Notes under the pieces: generated by a model
The model's database searches: none
What the model saw: only the letters and a program-made list of their open reading frames with translations
Told to the model about the DNA's origin: nothing
Source: an uncultured Bacteroidales bacterium
GTDB taxonomy: Bacteria; Bacteroidota; Bacteroidia; Bacteroidales; UBA3663
DNA: 64,000 nt
Assembly (NCBI GenBank): GCA_946631995.1
Contig: CAMPAQ010000012.1
Span: forward strand, 32,278 to 96,277
Direction: 5' to 3'
Shown here: piece by piece, positions 48,765 to 59,300 of the stretch
Position numbering within the stretch: position 1 is the first letter of the stretch
How the letters are laid out: every line of letters begins with the position of its first letter
Program-made: the position numbers and the translations under genes

Positions 48765-50579
48765 ATGACAAACAACAATATAAAATATCTGCTTGCGGCC
48801 ATGCTCGGCGCAACCGCGTGGACCGGATGCAGCGACTTCCTGGAACCGGAAAACAAGGCCAACCTCGATGCCGACACCTACTACGTGACCGACGAGGCCA
48901 AGGCCGAACTCCGCACGAACCTCTACTACAGCATGAAGGAGATTGCCACCAACATCGACTTGCAGGAATGGGGCACCGACCTCTATGACGTGACCCGTGG
49001 CGCACAGCCGTCCGTCTATCAAAGCTTCATCCTCACGCCCGAAGACAAAGACGTGACCAGCTACTATCAGAACCTCTACGCGATGATAATGAAGGCCAAC
49101 GCCGTCCTCGAATATGCTGCCGACGTGCCGCAATACGTGGCCGAAGCCAAGTTCATGCGCGCCTACGGCCATTTCCTGCTCTCGCAGCACTTCGGCGCCG
49201 TGCCCTACATCGACCACTACATCCAGTCGGCCGACAAGAACTACCCGCGCACACCGTTGGCCACCCTCTATGCCGACATCATCGCCGAACTGGAGTCGAT
49301 TGTGGCCGATGCCGCACTTCCCGCCACCGATGCCACCCACGCAGGCTACATCAGCCAGCGCGCCGCCAAGACGCTGTTGGCCAAGGTCTATCTCGCCGCA
49401 GGCTGGGACCTCGAGACCACGTTGACCGATGCCGCACAAGGCACCTGCACCACCACGACGCACGCCTACTTCGACAAGGCCGCACAGATGGCGGTCGAGG
49501 CCATTGACGGACAATCGCTCAGCATGTCGTTCGAGGACAAGTGGTCGCCCGCCCACGAGGGCAATGACGAGGAGATTTTCGCCGTCCAATATTCGCGTAG
49601 CGGCTTTCCGGGCGACGAACTGAAGGGCGGACACACCTTGCAGAACACCTACGGCAGCCAATACGGCAGCCCCGTTGACAACGGTCTGAAGTCTTGCAGC
49701 GGCAAGTTGGTTCCATCGGCCAAAAGCATCTACCTGTGGGCAAAGGGCGACGAACGCTACGATGCCACCTTCATGACCACCATCTACAACGGCATGGGCA
49801 CGTGGGGAACATCGGGCTACTACGCCTACTACAACGCCACGGACGAACAGAAGTCCAAGAACGTGATTGCCGGACGCTACTTCCCGTGGTACACCACAAC
49901 AACCGAGGCCGAAGCATACATCGACGCTCACCGCGACCAGTTCAAGCAGGGTTCTTGCAAGGCTTCATGCTACGTTGTCATCATGGCCGACCCAGCCGTA
50001 GCCTACAAGTTCGACTCCATTGCCAACCAGACAAAGGTGACCAAAGACTATGCGACACACCTGAAGGGCGAGGGCATGACCGCCGTGACCCATTGCGTGA
50101 AGAAGTTCGACGACCCCGAAACGCCACAGGCCAACAACGCCACAGGCTACCGCGACATCGTGCTTTTCCACCTGAGCGACCTCTACCTCACCGCGGCCGA
50201 GGCGTATCTGATGGCGGGCGATGAATCATCGGCCATAAACTACATCAACGCCGTACGCACACGCGCCAGAGCATCAGCCATCCCATCGTTCGACAGCTAC
50301 AAGCCCGACTACGCGACCAGCGAAGACTTCACCATCCGTCCGATTGACCTTGTGCTCGACGAACGCGCGCGCGAACTCTATGCCGAACGCACCCGATGGA
50401 TGGACCTGCGCCGCACACGCCAGCTTGTGCGCTACAACGTCGAGTTCAACCCCTATGTCTCCTCGATGGCCGACATGAGCAACAGCAAGGGTGAAGTGAA
50501 GTGGTATCGGCCGATTCCGGCATCCGAAATCGAAACCAACACGGCAATCTCATCGGACGACCAGAACGAGGGATATTAA
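48765..50579 (+). CDS. susD: SusD/RagB lipoprotein
   Basis: Lipobox TGC; AEAKFMRAY, LYLTAAEA, ERARELYAE..RWMDLRRT, PIP..EI, QNEGY. Confidence 0.95.
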   Translation: MTNNNIKYLLAAMLGATAWTGCSDFLEPENKANLDADTYYVTDEAKAELRTNLYYSMKEIATNIDLQEWGTDLYDVTRGAQPSVYQSFILTPEDKDVTSYYQNLYAMIMKANAVLEYAADVPQYVAEAKFMRAYGHFLLSQHFGAVPYIDHYIQSADKNYPRTPLATLYADIIAELESIVADAALPATDATHAGYISQRAAKTLLAKVYLAAGWDLETTLTDAAQGTCTTTTHAYFDKAAQMAVEAIDGQSLSMSFEDKWSPAHEGNDEEIFAVQYSRSGFPGDELKGGHTLQNTYGSQYGSPVDNGLKSCSGKLVPSAKSIYLWAKGDERYDATFMTTIYNGMGTWGTSGYYAYYNATDEQKSKNVIAGRYFPWYTTTTEAEAYIDAHRDQFKQGSCKASCYVVIMADPAVAYKFDSIANQTKVTKDYATHLKGEGMTAVTHCVKKFDDPETPQANNATGYRDIVLFHLSDLYLTAAEAYLMAGDESSAINYINAVRTRARASAIPSFDSYKPDYATSEDFTIRPIDLVLDERARELYAERTRWMDLRRTRQLVRYNVEFNPYVSSMADMSNSKGEVKWYRPIPASEIETNTAISSDDQNEGY

Positions 50580-50619
50580 CGCAAATGCGAAATATTAAAC
50601 GCAAATGCGAAATATTAAA
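50573..50619 (+). repeat. ~20-bp tandem duplication
   Basis: ATATTAA(A)CGCAAATGCGAA repeated twice, plus a partial copy. Confidence 0.8.
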
Positions 50620-50636
50620 TAACAAATATTAAAATT

Positions 50637-51110
50637 ATGAATATCACATCAATAAAATATTGGCTCTTGGCAGGCATCATCTGCTGCGGGTTCGCCGCAT
50701 GCAACGACGATGACGACGACCCGACCTACAGCCACTCACAGGCTGCCGAGGTGGAGGCTGCCGGCACATACGTCGGCACGTTCACACGCATCCGCGCCAA
50801 TTCGTCAACCGCTGTAGAGGAGTCGGCCGAAGGCACTTTGGTCATTGCCGACAGCGTGTCACACGTCGTCAACCTGACCTTCACGTGCGATGAACTTGGC
50901 ATCGCGACCGCCAAGATTCCGGTCAACATCTCATTCGCCAATGCCGGATGCCAGTTCTCCAACTTCAGCACCAACAACCCCACCGGCGCAGCCATCACGG
51001 GGCACATCGCCAGCGACAAGGAGCTTGAAACGTCGTTCCAGCTGAAGATTCGCAAGGGCTTCAACACGACAACCTACGACATCACCTTCAACGGAAAGAA
51101 ATCGGAGTGA
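50637..51110 (+). CDS. hypothetical lipoprotein (calycin-like beta-barrel possible)
   Basis: Lipobox FAAC followed by DDDDD; AGTYVG; ends TFNGKK. Confidence 0.8.
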   Translation: MNITSIKYWLLAGIICCGFAACNDDDDDPTYSHSQAAEVEAAGTYVGTFTRIRANSSTAVEESAEGTLVIADSVSHVVNLTFTCDELGIATAKIPVNISFANAGCQFSNFSTNNPTGAAITGHIASDKELETSFQLKIRKGFNTTTYDITFNGKKSE

Positions 51111-51129
51111 CAAGCTACTGTTAGCAAAC

Positions 51130-51159
51130 AAAAAACCGGCTCAATGAGTCGGTTTTTTT
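51130..51159. terminator. bidirectional intrinsic terminator
   Basis: AAAAAACCGGCTC-aat-GAGTCGGTTTTTTT. Confidence 0.88.
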
Positions 51160-51261
51160 GTCTCTTTTACGCAAGTTCTAAAAACAAGAATTGTTGAGAA
51201 TTATAGACTTCCTGCAAAAATAATTTTTAGAAACTCTGTGTAATGAAAAATCGCGTAGTGC

Positions 51262-54141
51262 TTAGCCTTTGACGACGATGTTCAGAATCTTCTTCGGCAC
51301 GAAGATGAACTTCACGATTTCCTTGTCGCCAATCCAGTGCTTGGCATCGTCGGTGGCGAGCACGGCTGCCTTGACAGCGTCGGCATCGGCGTCGGCAGGG
51401 AGGTCGATGGTGAAACGCATCTTGCCACCAATCTGGACAGGATATTTCACGGTGCTTTCGACCAGATATTTCTCGTCGAACTTCGGCCACTCGGCGTCGC
51501 AGACAGAACCGCTGTTGCCCAACTGGTGCCAGAGTTCCTCGGCGATGTGAGGTGCAAATGGAGCAATCAGTACCACCAACTGACTCAGGATGGCGCGGCT
51601 CGAACACTTCTGCTGCGAGAGTTCGTTGACGGCAACCATGAAGGCCGAAATTGCGGTGTTGTACGAGAATTGCTCAATGTCGCCCGTCACCTTCTTGATG
51701 AGCTTGTGGAGGCTCTTGAGGTTGTCGGCCGATGGCTCAGCGTCGTTCACCTTGCAGCACGGATTGCCCTCGGCATTGGCATCGTTGAACAATGCCCAGA
51801 ACTTCTTCAGGAAGCGGAACGAACCGTCGATGCCAGCGGTGTCCCAAGGTTTGGACTGCTCGATAGGACCGAGGAACATCTCGTAGATGCGGAGAGTGTC
51901 GGCACCATACTTCTCGCAGATGTCGTCCGGGTTGACCACATTGTACTTCGACTTCGACATCTTCTCGACTGCAGCGGTAGTGAGGAACTTACCCTCCTTG
52001 TTGCAGACCACTTCGGCATCGGCAAACTCAGGTCGCCACTTGCGGAAGGCCTCCACGTCCATGTCGAGGTTGTTCACAAAGTTCACATCGACATGGATAG
52101 GGTCGGTCGATGCGCCCTCGTAGCAACCGTTGGCATCCAGCAGGTCAGCACTGACGAATTTGTTGGTGCCACTGACGCGGGCAGCGAATCGGCTGCTGCC
52201 TTGAATCATACCCTGGTTGATGAGTTTCTTGAAAGGCTCTTCGCTCTTCACGACGTTGATGTCCTTCAGGAACTTGTTCCAGAAACGGCTGTAGATGAGG
52301 TGGCCGGTGGCGTGTTCGCTGCCGCCGAGGTAGAGATCGACGTTGTCCCAATAGTCGTTGGCCTCTTTGGAAACCAATGCCTGGTCGTTGTGTGGGTCGG
52401 TGTAACGGGTATAGTAGGCCGACGAACCGGCAAAGCCCGGCATCGTGCAGAGTTCCAAGGGGAAGACGGTCTTCTGGTCAATGAGAGCCTTATCGACAAC
52501 CTGACGGTTCTTCTCGTCCCAAGCCCACTTGGTGGCATGACCCAACGGTGGTTCGCCTGTCGAGGTTGGCTTGAAGTCGCTGACTTCGGGCAACTGGAGA
52601 GGCAGACACTCTTCGGGCAGGGTGTATGGCATACCATCCTTATAATAAATAGGGAATGGCTCGCCCCAATAGCGCTGGCGCGAGAAGATGGCGTCGCGCA
52701 GACGGTAGTTGACCTTGACGCGGCCGAGGTGCTTCTCGGTCACATATTTCTTCATTGCGGCGATGCTGTCCTTAACGCAGAGGCCGTTGAGGTTGATTTC
52801 GCTGTTGGCCGAGTTCTTCATCACGCCCTCCTTGGCGTCGAACGAACCTTCGTTGAGGTCGTAGTCACCCTCGATGAGCGGGATGATAGGGAGGTTGAAG
52901 TGCTTGGCGAATGCCCAGTCGCGGCTATCGTGGGCAGGAACGGCCATGATGGCACCCGTGCCGTAGCCGGCGAGGACGTATTCGGACACCCAAATCGGGA
53001 TGTTGTCGCCCGTAATCGGGTTGACGGCGTAGGCTCCGGTGAAGACGCCCGTCACCTCGTGTGCTGCCTGACGGTCGCGCTCGGTCTTGCGCTTGCATGC
53101 CTCAAGGTAGGCATCGACTTCGGCTTTCTTGTCCGATGTGACGACCTGCTGCACATACTTGCTCTCGGGAGCCAATACCATGAAGGTCACGCCGAACATC
53201 GTGTCGGCTCGCGTAGTGAAGATGGTGAACTCAAGTCCGTCCTTGGTGGCAGGATTATCGTTGGGCACCACCTTGAACTGTGCCTCGGTTCCCTCGCTGC
53301 GACCAATCCAGTTGCGCTGTGTCTCCTTGATTGAGTCGCTCCAGTCGATGGTCTCCAGACCATCCAGCAGGCGCTGGGCATAGGCCGAAACGCGCAGACA
53401 CCACTGACGCATCACACGTTGCTCGACAGGAAAACCGCCACGCTCCGATACACCGTTCACTACCTCGTCGTTGGCCAGCACCGTTCCCAATTCCGGACAC
53501 CAGTTGACCATCGTCTCGCCCAGGTAGGCGATGCGGTAGTTCATCAAGACCTGCTGTTTTTTCTGCTCGTCCCATGAGTTCCACTCGTCGGCGGAGAAGT
53601 CAAGTTCCTTGGTGCAGGCGGCATTCAGTCCCTTGGTGCCCTCCGTCTCAAATCGGCTGATGAGGTCGGCGATTGGCAGAGCCTTCTGCTCCTTGTAGCT
53701 GTAGAACGAGTTGAACATCCGGCTGAATGCCCACTGTGTCCACTTGTAGTAGCCCGGCTCGCAGGTGCGCACCTCGCGGTTCCAGTCGAAGCAGAAACCG
53801 ATGCGGTCAAGCTGCTCGCGGTAGCGGGCAATGTTCTTCTCGGTGGTTACGGCAGGATGCTGACCCGTCTGGATGGCATACTGCTCAGCAGGCAGACCGT
53901 AAGCGTCATAGCCCATTGGGTGCAACACATTGAAACCGCACAGACGCTTGTAGCGGCTGTAGATGTCGCTGGCGATATAGCCTAAAGGGTGACCGACGTG
54001 GAGGCCTGCTCCAGATGGATAGGGGAACATGTCGAGCACATAGCACTTTGGGCGGCTGTGGTCAATTTCGACCTGATAGGTCTTCTCGTCGCGCCAACGC
54101 TGCTGCCATGACTGTTCGATGGACTTGAAGTTGTATTCCAT
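51262..54141 (-). CDS. leuS: leucine--tRNA ligase
   Basis: [14 protein letters not shown] (HIGH), [26 protein letters not shown]. Confidence 0.98.
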   Translation of the reverse strand: MEYNFKSIEQSWQQRWRDEKTYQVEIDHSRPKCYVLDMFPYPSGAGLHVGHPLGYIASDIYSRYKRLCGFNVLHPMGYDAYGLPAEQYAIQTGQHPAVTTEKNIARYREQLDRIGFCFDWNREVRTCEPGYYKWTQWAFSRMFNSFYSYKEQKALPIADLISRFETEGTKGLNAACTKELDFSADEWNSWDEQKKQQVLMNYRIAYLGETMVNWCPELGTVLANDEVVNGVSERGGFPVEQRVMRQWCLRVSAYAQRLLDGLETIDWSDSIKETQRNWIGRSEGTEAQFKVVPNDNPATKDGLEFTIFTTRADTMFGVTFMVLAPESKYVQQVVTSDKKAEVDAYLEACKRKTERDRQAAHEVTGVFTGAYAVNPITGDNIPIWVSEYVLAGYGTGAIMAVPAHDSRDWAFAKHFNLPIIPLIEGDYDLNEGSFDAKEGVMKNSANSEINLNGLCVKDSIAAMKKYVTEKHLGRVKVNYRLRDAIFSRQRYWGEPFPIYYKDGMPYTLPEECLPLQLPEVSDFKPTSTGEPPLGHATKWAWDEKNRQVVDKALIDQKTVFPLELCTMPGFAGSSAYYTRYTDPHNDQALVSKEANDYWDNVDLYLGGSEHATGHLIYSRFWNKFLKDINVVKSEEPFKKLINQGMIQGSSRFAARVSGTNKFVSADLLDANGCYEGASTDPIHVDVNFVNNLDMDVEAFRKWRPEFADAEVVCNKEGKFLTTAAVEKMSKSKYNVVNPDDICEKYGADTLRIYEMFLGPIEQSKPWDTAGIDGSFRFLKKFWALFNDANAEGNPCCKVNDAEPSADNLKSLHKLIKKVTGDIEQFSYNTAISAFMVAVNELSQQKCSSRAILSQLVVLIAPFAPHIAEELWHQLGNSGSVCDAEWPKFDEKYLVESTVKYPVQIGGKMRFTIDLPADADADAVKAAVLATDDAKHWIGDKEIVKFIFVPKKILNIVVKG

Positions 54142-54199
54142 ATTCTTGTTTTTGATTAGAAAATTCGGCTCAAAATGGCACTTTTTCTTAAAATGCGCG

Positions 54200-54207
54200 C
54201 AAATATA
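54200..54207 (-). promoter_or_regulatory. -7 promoter element for leuS
   Basis: TATATTTG on the minus strand about 60 bp upstream of the ATG. Confidence 0.55.
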
Positions 54208-54319
54208 CGGAAATAATCGCTTGCGTGGTAAACGATGCGCCTAAATTTGCCGTACACGCGAGCCAACGGGACACAGCCTCGCCGATATGAAAAGGTTGAA
54301 TGACAGCATTTTCCCCGAA

Positions 54320-54661
54320 CTACTCAGGCACGTAGATGATTTCGCCGTTCTCCAGCTGATAGGCTGTGCCGACGCGTTTGCCCTTTGCGCCCGACTGCTG
54401 CGACTGGTCCTCGCTCGGGGTGTAACGGTCGATGCGTTGGCCCTGCTTGGTGATGATTTCCATGTTGTCCTTGCCCGGATTCTTGACCATCGTGAAGTCC
54501 TCCTGCGAGAACATCTCGGTCATGTCGTAGCGGGTGACGAGTGCCACCATCAGAGCGACGGCAAAGACCATCGCCACGTCAAAGAGGTTGGACACGACCG
54601 ACATCGGATCGTCCTCTTCGTCCAATGCACCGAATGGAGTGTTGTTACGTCGTTTCAGCAT
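54320..54661 (-). CDS. hmuV: DUF2149 protein
   Basis: DPMSVVSNLFDVAMVFAVAL…G.AYQLENGEIIYVPE; last gene of the hmu operon. Confidence 0.9.
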   Translation of the reverse strand: MLKRRNNTPFGALDEEDDPMSVVSNLFDVAMVFAVALMVALVTRYDMTEMFSQEDFTMVKNPGKDNMEIITKQGQRIDRYTPSEDQSQQSGAKGKRVGTAYQLENGEIIYVPE

Positions 54662-55239
54662 AGCAGGTCGGCAAGGAATTGAAGGTTGACACGGTCGTGC
54701 TGGTACCAGCGCGACTTGACTTGGCCGGTGATGAAGCCGATGGCAGCCGAAAACAGTCCGACGACCGTCGTAGCAAAGGCCACCTGCATGTTGTAGGCCA
54801 TCGAAGCAATGTCGCCCGAAGCCAGTCCGACCAGCGCCGGCCCCATCGGGATGAGCGTGCCCATCAGGCCGAGCATCGGTCCCATCTTGGCCAATGTCTT
54901 GCTCGACGCGAGGTCATCGGCCGCAGCAATCTCGAAGTCGGACAGCAGTTTCTGCAAGTGCGCCTCGCTGTCGCGGTGGGCGAGCATCTGGCGCATGTAG
55001 TTTATGGCCAATGAACCGTCACCGTCCGGCAGTCGGTCGGCCAACGATGCGACATTGTCGGCCGTAAGCTGCTCAAAAACGGACTTGCACTGCGCCGCCG
55101 ACTTGCGCACGGCAAGATATTGGCCGAAAAAGTTGCCGACGAGCAGCAGCGCGCGTCCGAACAACAGAATCAGCAGAATGATGACCGGCACAAGCAGTCC
55201 GGTGGAAATCCAATAGAGGATGTCGGAAATGTAGTTCAT
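54655..55239 (-). CDS. hmuU: MotA/TolQ/ExbB proton channel family protein
   Basis: GPMLGLMGTLIPM, AFATTVVGL. Confidence 0.9.
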   Translation of the reverse strand: MNYISDILYWISTGLLVPVIILLILLFGRALLLVGNFFGQYLAVRKSAAQCKSVFEQLTADNVASLADRLPDGDGSLAINYMRQMLAHRDSEAHLQKLLSDFEIAAADDLASSKTLAKMGPMLGLMGTLIPMGPALVGLASGDIASMAYNMQVAFATTVVGLFSAAIGFITGQVKSRWYQHDRVNLQFLADLLC

Positions 55240-55250
55240 ACTGAATTAGT

Positions 55251-55512
55251 TATGAAATAAGAAATAAGAATTAAGAGTTGATTTTCATCACCGAATTAAG
55301 ACGAATTGATACGAAAAAATCTTCACTACGCGAGTTTTGTCTCCGAATCAAACGAATCAAGACAATTTTAAAGGACGTTCTAAAAATCAAGAATTTGAGA
55401 ATTAAGAGAATTCTAATCTACTGATATTCAGAATTGTTAAGAATTCGAGATTCGTTTCAATTTCAAGGACATCCCACAATAGTCCATTTCGTTCAATTCG
55501 TTTAATTCGGTG
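55251..55512. repeat. composite intergenic repeat: heptamer tandem (AATAAGA/AATTAAGA), CACCGAATTA…TAATTCGGTG arms, GTTCTAAAA.TCAAGAATTTGAGAATT unit
   Basis: Arms at ~55289 and ~55490-55512. The inner unit at ~55377 matches the reverse complement of ~63969-63995 and resembles 51175-51232. Confidence 0.7.
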
Positions 55513-55514
55513 TT

Positions 55515-56198
55515 TTAATTTGATTTTGGGGTCTTCTTCCGCCGACAGAACCCGATTGCGCCCATCACGACGACGAGCACGGCGACGCCAGCGAGGGCCT
55601 TCAGGTCGATGTCCGATGTGCCGGCAGCCGCAGTGCGACCGTTGACCGTGGCCACGATGCCGAGCACCGCCATCAGCGCATTGGACAAGAAGAAGACCTC
55701 AAGCCGCAATTCGCGTTCGGGGATGAGCCACCGCACAGCCCAAGTGAGCGCAGGGACGATGATGGCGACGATTGCGGCCAATGTCCAGGCCACGTAGCGG
55801 AACTCGATGCCAGAGCTGCGGAACATGCACTGCGTCTCGATGTAGAAGAGCACGGCGAAAATCAGCAGGCCGGGAAACCAGCGCAGGGCGCGGTAGAGCC
55901 ACACCGTGCGCCGCCGCACGCGTCCCGACGTCATCAGGTGGACGGCCATCAGACAATAGGCCATCTGGACGACGACCTCGACGGTGAGCACGACGGCCGT
56001 ATCGAGCATCAGCGCGGGATTGGCCAGCCAGTCGCGTATCTGCGTCCGGCTCTGTTCGATGGCCATCGGCCACGCAAAAGCCACAAAGAGTGCGGCCACG
56101 AGCGATGTGACTACCACCACGGCGGGGCGGCGATAGCTCTGCTTCAACACGAAGTTGAGGCACACCAGCAGGATTATGGCAAAGACGATGGATTGCAT
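55515..56198 (-). CDS. hmuT: membrane protein of the hmu operon
   Basis: Multi-TM protein; WPMAIEQSRTQI.DWL; located between the chelatase and ExbB-like genes. Confidence 0.8.
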   Translation of the reverse strand: MQSIVFAIILLVCLNFVLKQSYRRPAVVVVTSLVAALFVAFAWPMAIEQSRTQIRDWLANPALMLDTAVVLTVEVVVQMAYCLMAVHLMTSGRVRRRTVWLYRALRWFPGLLIFAVLFYIETQCMFRSSGIEFRYVAWTLAAIVAIIVPALTWAVRWLIPERELRLEVFFLSNALMAVLGIVATVNGRTAAAGTSDIDLKALAGVAVLVVVMGAIGFCRRKKTPKSN

Positions 56199-56381
56199 GA
56201 GACCCCCTCCCATCCTCCCCGAGGGGAGGAGATTAAAAAGTTTGCTATATTCATTAATAATGACTGAAATTTTGTACCGTATGGGCAGACCCCTCCCCTC
56301 GGGGTCCTCGCAGCGGTCGGAACGATTATGAAAAACAGACCCCTCCACTCGGGGAGGTCGGGAGGGGGTCGTTATTATTTC

Positions 56382-59300
56382 TCACTTCCTCCTCCTCTTC
56401 ACCAGCAGCGCGACAATCACGACGAATGCGGCGACAATGCCGACCACGACGAGGTTGCTCACCGAGGTTGTCTCCTCGTCGGCAGCGAGTGAGGTCGATT
56501 CGCGCTTCAGCACCTTGCCGTCGGCCGTAGCGACCTGCGCCTCGCGCGTCCGGCTGATCTGGTCGCGGTACTGTTGGGCGTCGGCCGATGAGACCTTGCT
56601 GGCGATGAAGTCGCGTAGCTTCGTGTTGTCGCACACGCGCTGCGAACCGTTGGCGCCGAACTGGGCCACGAGCTCGGTGTGGAGGCGTGCCACATTGGCC
56701 AACATCTCGTCCGATGCCTTCCAATAGCCCTTGCGCGCCGACTCCATCATCACGGCGGTCATCTCCTGGAGCGCGGCCGGATTCTTGGACTCGAAGAAGC
56801 GGCGGGTCGAGAGCTGGAACTTGTCGGCCACATAGACGTCGTAGATTTCGTCCCACATCTCGTTGTCGATCACGTCGGGCTTCATCACGTTCCAGCCGAA
56901 GGTGTTCTCGACGAGTTCAGCGAAACCGCTGGCGTCCGATGCGCCGCCCTTCATCTTCTCGGCGATGTAGGCCGGATTGAACAGCGTCGTGCGGCTCTCC
57001 ACGCCGATGGCCTCCTTGACCTCCTGCATCCTCATGCGGTTGCGGTTTCGGTAGTCCGACAGGTAGGCGTCGGGGTCTTTGCCGGTCACGTTGCGCACGG
57101 TCATGTTCATGCCGCCCATGAATTCATAGACGTGGTCGAGCGACAGTGCGCCCCACGTGTTCGACTGGCGCGGCTGGATGACGGCGTCGGTGTTGGCCAA
57201 TGCCGCTTCGAACGCGAACTGGCGCATCTCCTCCCAGCTGCCCTCCTTGCCGTAGAATGCGCCCATGTTGTTCAGATAGACCTCGGCCAATGCTCCCTCG
57301 TCGTCCCAGCGGTCGCTCGCCATCGTCATGCCCTGGATGCCGGTGCCGTAGTTGCCGTTCATGCCGCCGAACACGCGGTAGGTCGATGTCTCGCGCGCCT
57401 CCTTGGGCGACAGGCCCTTCTCGATCAGGATGCGTTCCGACTCGCGCACGCCATCGGCCACAAGGTTCGGGAACTTGTCATCGTTGGCCGATGCCGCCAT
57501 CTCGACCGCACGGCTGAGCAGGAAGAGGCGCGATGCGGCCAGGTCGCGTAGCTGACCCGAAGTCTGCACCACGACGTCGATGCGCGGCCGACCCAGCTCT
57601 TCCGACGGGATGAGGCGGATGTCGGTCACACGGCCGAAGGCATCGCGGATTGGTTCGACGCCGAGCATATAGAGGCATTGTGCGATGGTTGCGCCGCCCG
57701 TCTCGATGAATTCGCTCGACCAGAGCGTGTAGCTCACCTTGCGCGGGATGCTGTCGTTGTGACGCTGGCGGTAGAGGTTAATCGTCCCCTCGGCCAGCTC
57801 CTTGCCCCGCTCCCACGCCAGTTCCGTCGGACACGCCTCGCTGTTCACGCCATAGAGGTTGCGTCCCGTCGGCACGGCCTGCGGATTGCTGATGACGTCA
57901 CCGCCCGGCGATGGAGCCGTATAGCCGCCGTCGAGCGCGTTCAGCATGGAGCGCAGTTCTACTGCGGGCGATGTGGCCAATGCCTCACGGTAGGCCGCGA
58001 CGTTGCGCACGGTACGTTCCACTTCAAGCACTACGCGGGCCAGTTCCTTGTCCTCCGGCGTGAGCATTGCGGCCTCGGCAACCTTATCGACGATGCGCTG
58101 CATGGCTGGCGGGATGTTGGCCATCTTGTGGGCCGATGCGTTGTCCGATGCCGCTGCCCCGTCGCCACCCTTGCCCATCATGGCGGCCTTCATCTTCTTG
58201 AGCTGTTCGGGCGACGCGCCCATCATCTTGGCCACAGCGAGCGCCTTCTTCGGGTCCATGCCCTTGCCCATCTCGCGCATCTTGTTGCGCTGTTCGGGGG
58301 TTATGGTCGATGCCGTTGCCGTCGTGTCCGATGCCGTTGCAGCCGAATCCTTATGGCCGACGGGCACCGACTTGCGCGCACCCGGCATCTCGCCCGCCAT
58401 CGACATCATCATCGACATCATCTGCTGCGGAGCCTTCTGCACCGAGTCAACGTGGCGGGCGCGGCGAAGGTCATCGGCCGTAATCCCGGCAATGCGGCAG
58501 ATTTCGACGTCGGTCACATCGGTCGTGCGGTTGAGCAGCGTGGTGACCAGCGAACGTACCGGCGTGAGGTAGCGTGCGGTGAACTGCGCGGCGTGTTTCT
58601 CCACATCGGCCGCAACCCGACCGCGCTGCTTGTCGAGTGTGCAGAGGCTGTAGGCAATCGGGTCGGTCGCCATCGCATAGACCGAAGTGCGGATGCGTTC
58701 GGCCTCGTAGGGCACGCCGAGCGTGTAGCTCATGCCCGTCACCTTCTCGTTGCACAGCTCTTCGGCAAATGCCTCGATGCGGGCGATTTCGTCGGCGCTG
58801 TAGGGCTGCGAGAGCACCGAGTCGAGACGCAGTTCGCGGTGGATGCCCATCTGCACAGTGAGTCGTTTTATGGCCAATGCGCCACGTTCGTCAGGCTGGC
58901 GGTCGTAGGCCTCGATGGCCTCGCTTAGGCGGCGGTAGGTGTCGCGCAGCCGGCTCTCCATGAAGGGCGGCGTGAGGTAGGACGTGAGGCTGGCGTAGGT
59001 GCGGCGCTTGGCAATCATGCCCTCGCCCACGTTGCCGATGGTGTAGAAATAGAAGTGCGGCAGCGTGCCCACCAGACGGTCGCTCCAGCAGTCCTGCGAG
59101 AGGGCGACCTGCTTGCCCGGCGTATATTCAAGCGAGCCGTGCGTGCCGAAGTGGATCAGTGCGTCGGCCCCGAATCCGCGCTGCGCCCAGAGGTACTGCG
59201 CGATGTAGGGATAGGGCGGTGCGGCCAATGTGCCATGCACCATCTTGAACGAGTCGCTGCCGGTGCCGGCCGGCATCTGCGGCATCAGCACGATGTTGCC

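Noticed and set aside
50573-50619. 20-bp tandem repeat after susD as a CRISPR or invertible element
   Set aside because: Only about two contiguous copies, no spacer and no inverted partner; a simple duplication.
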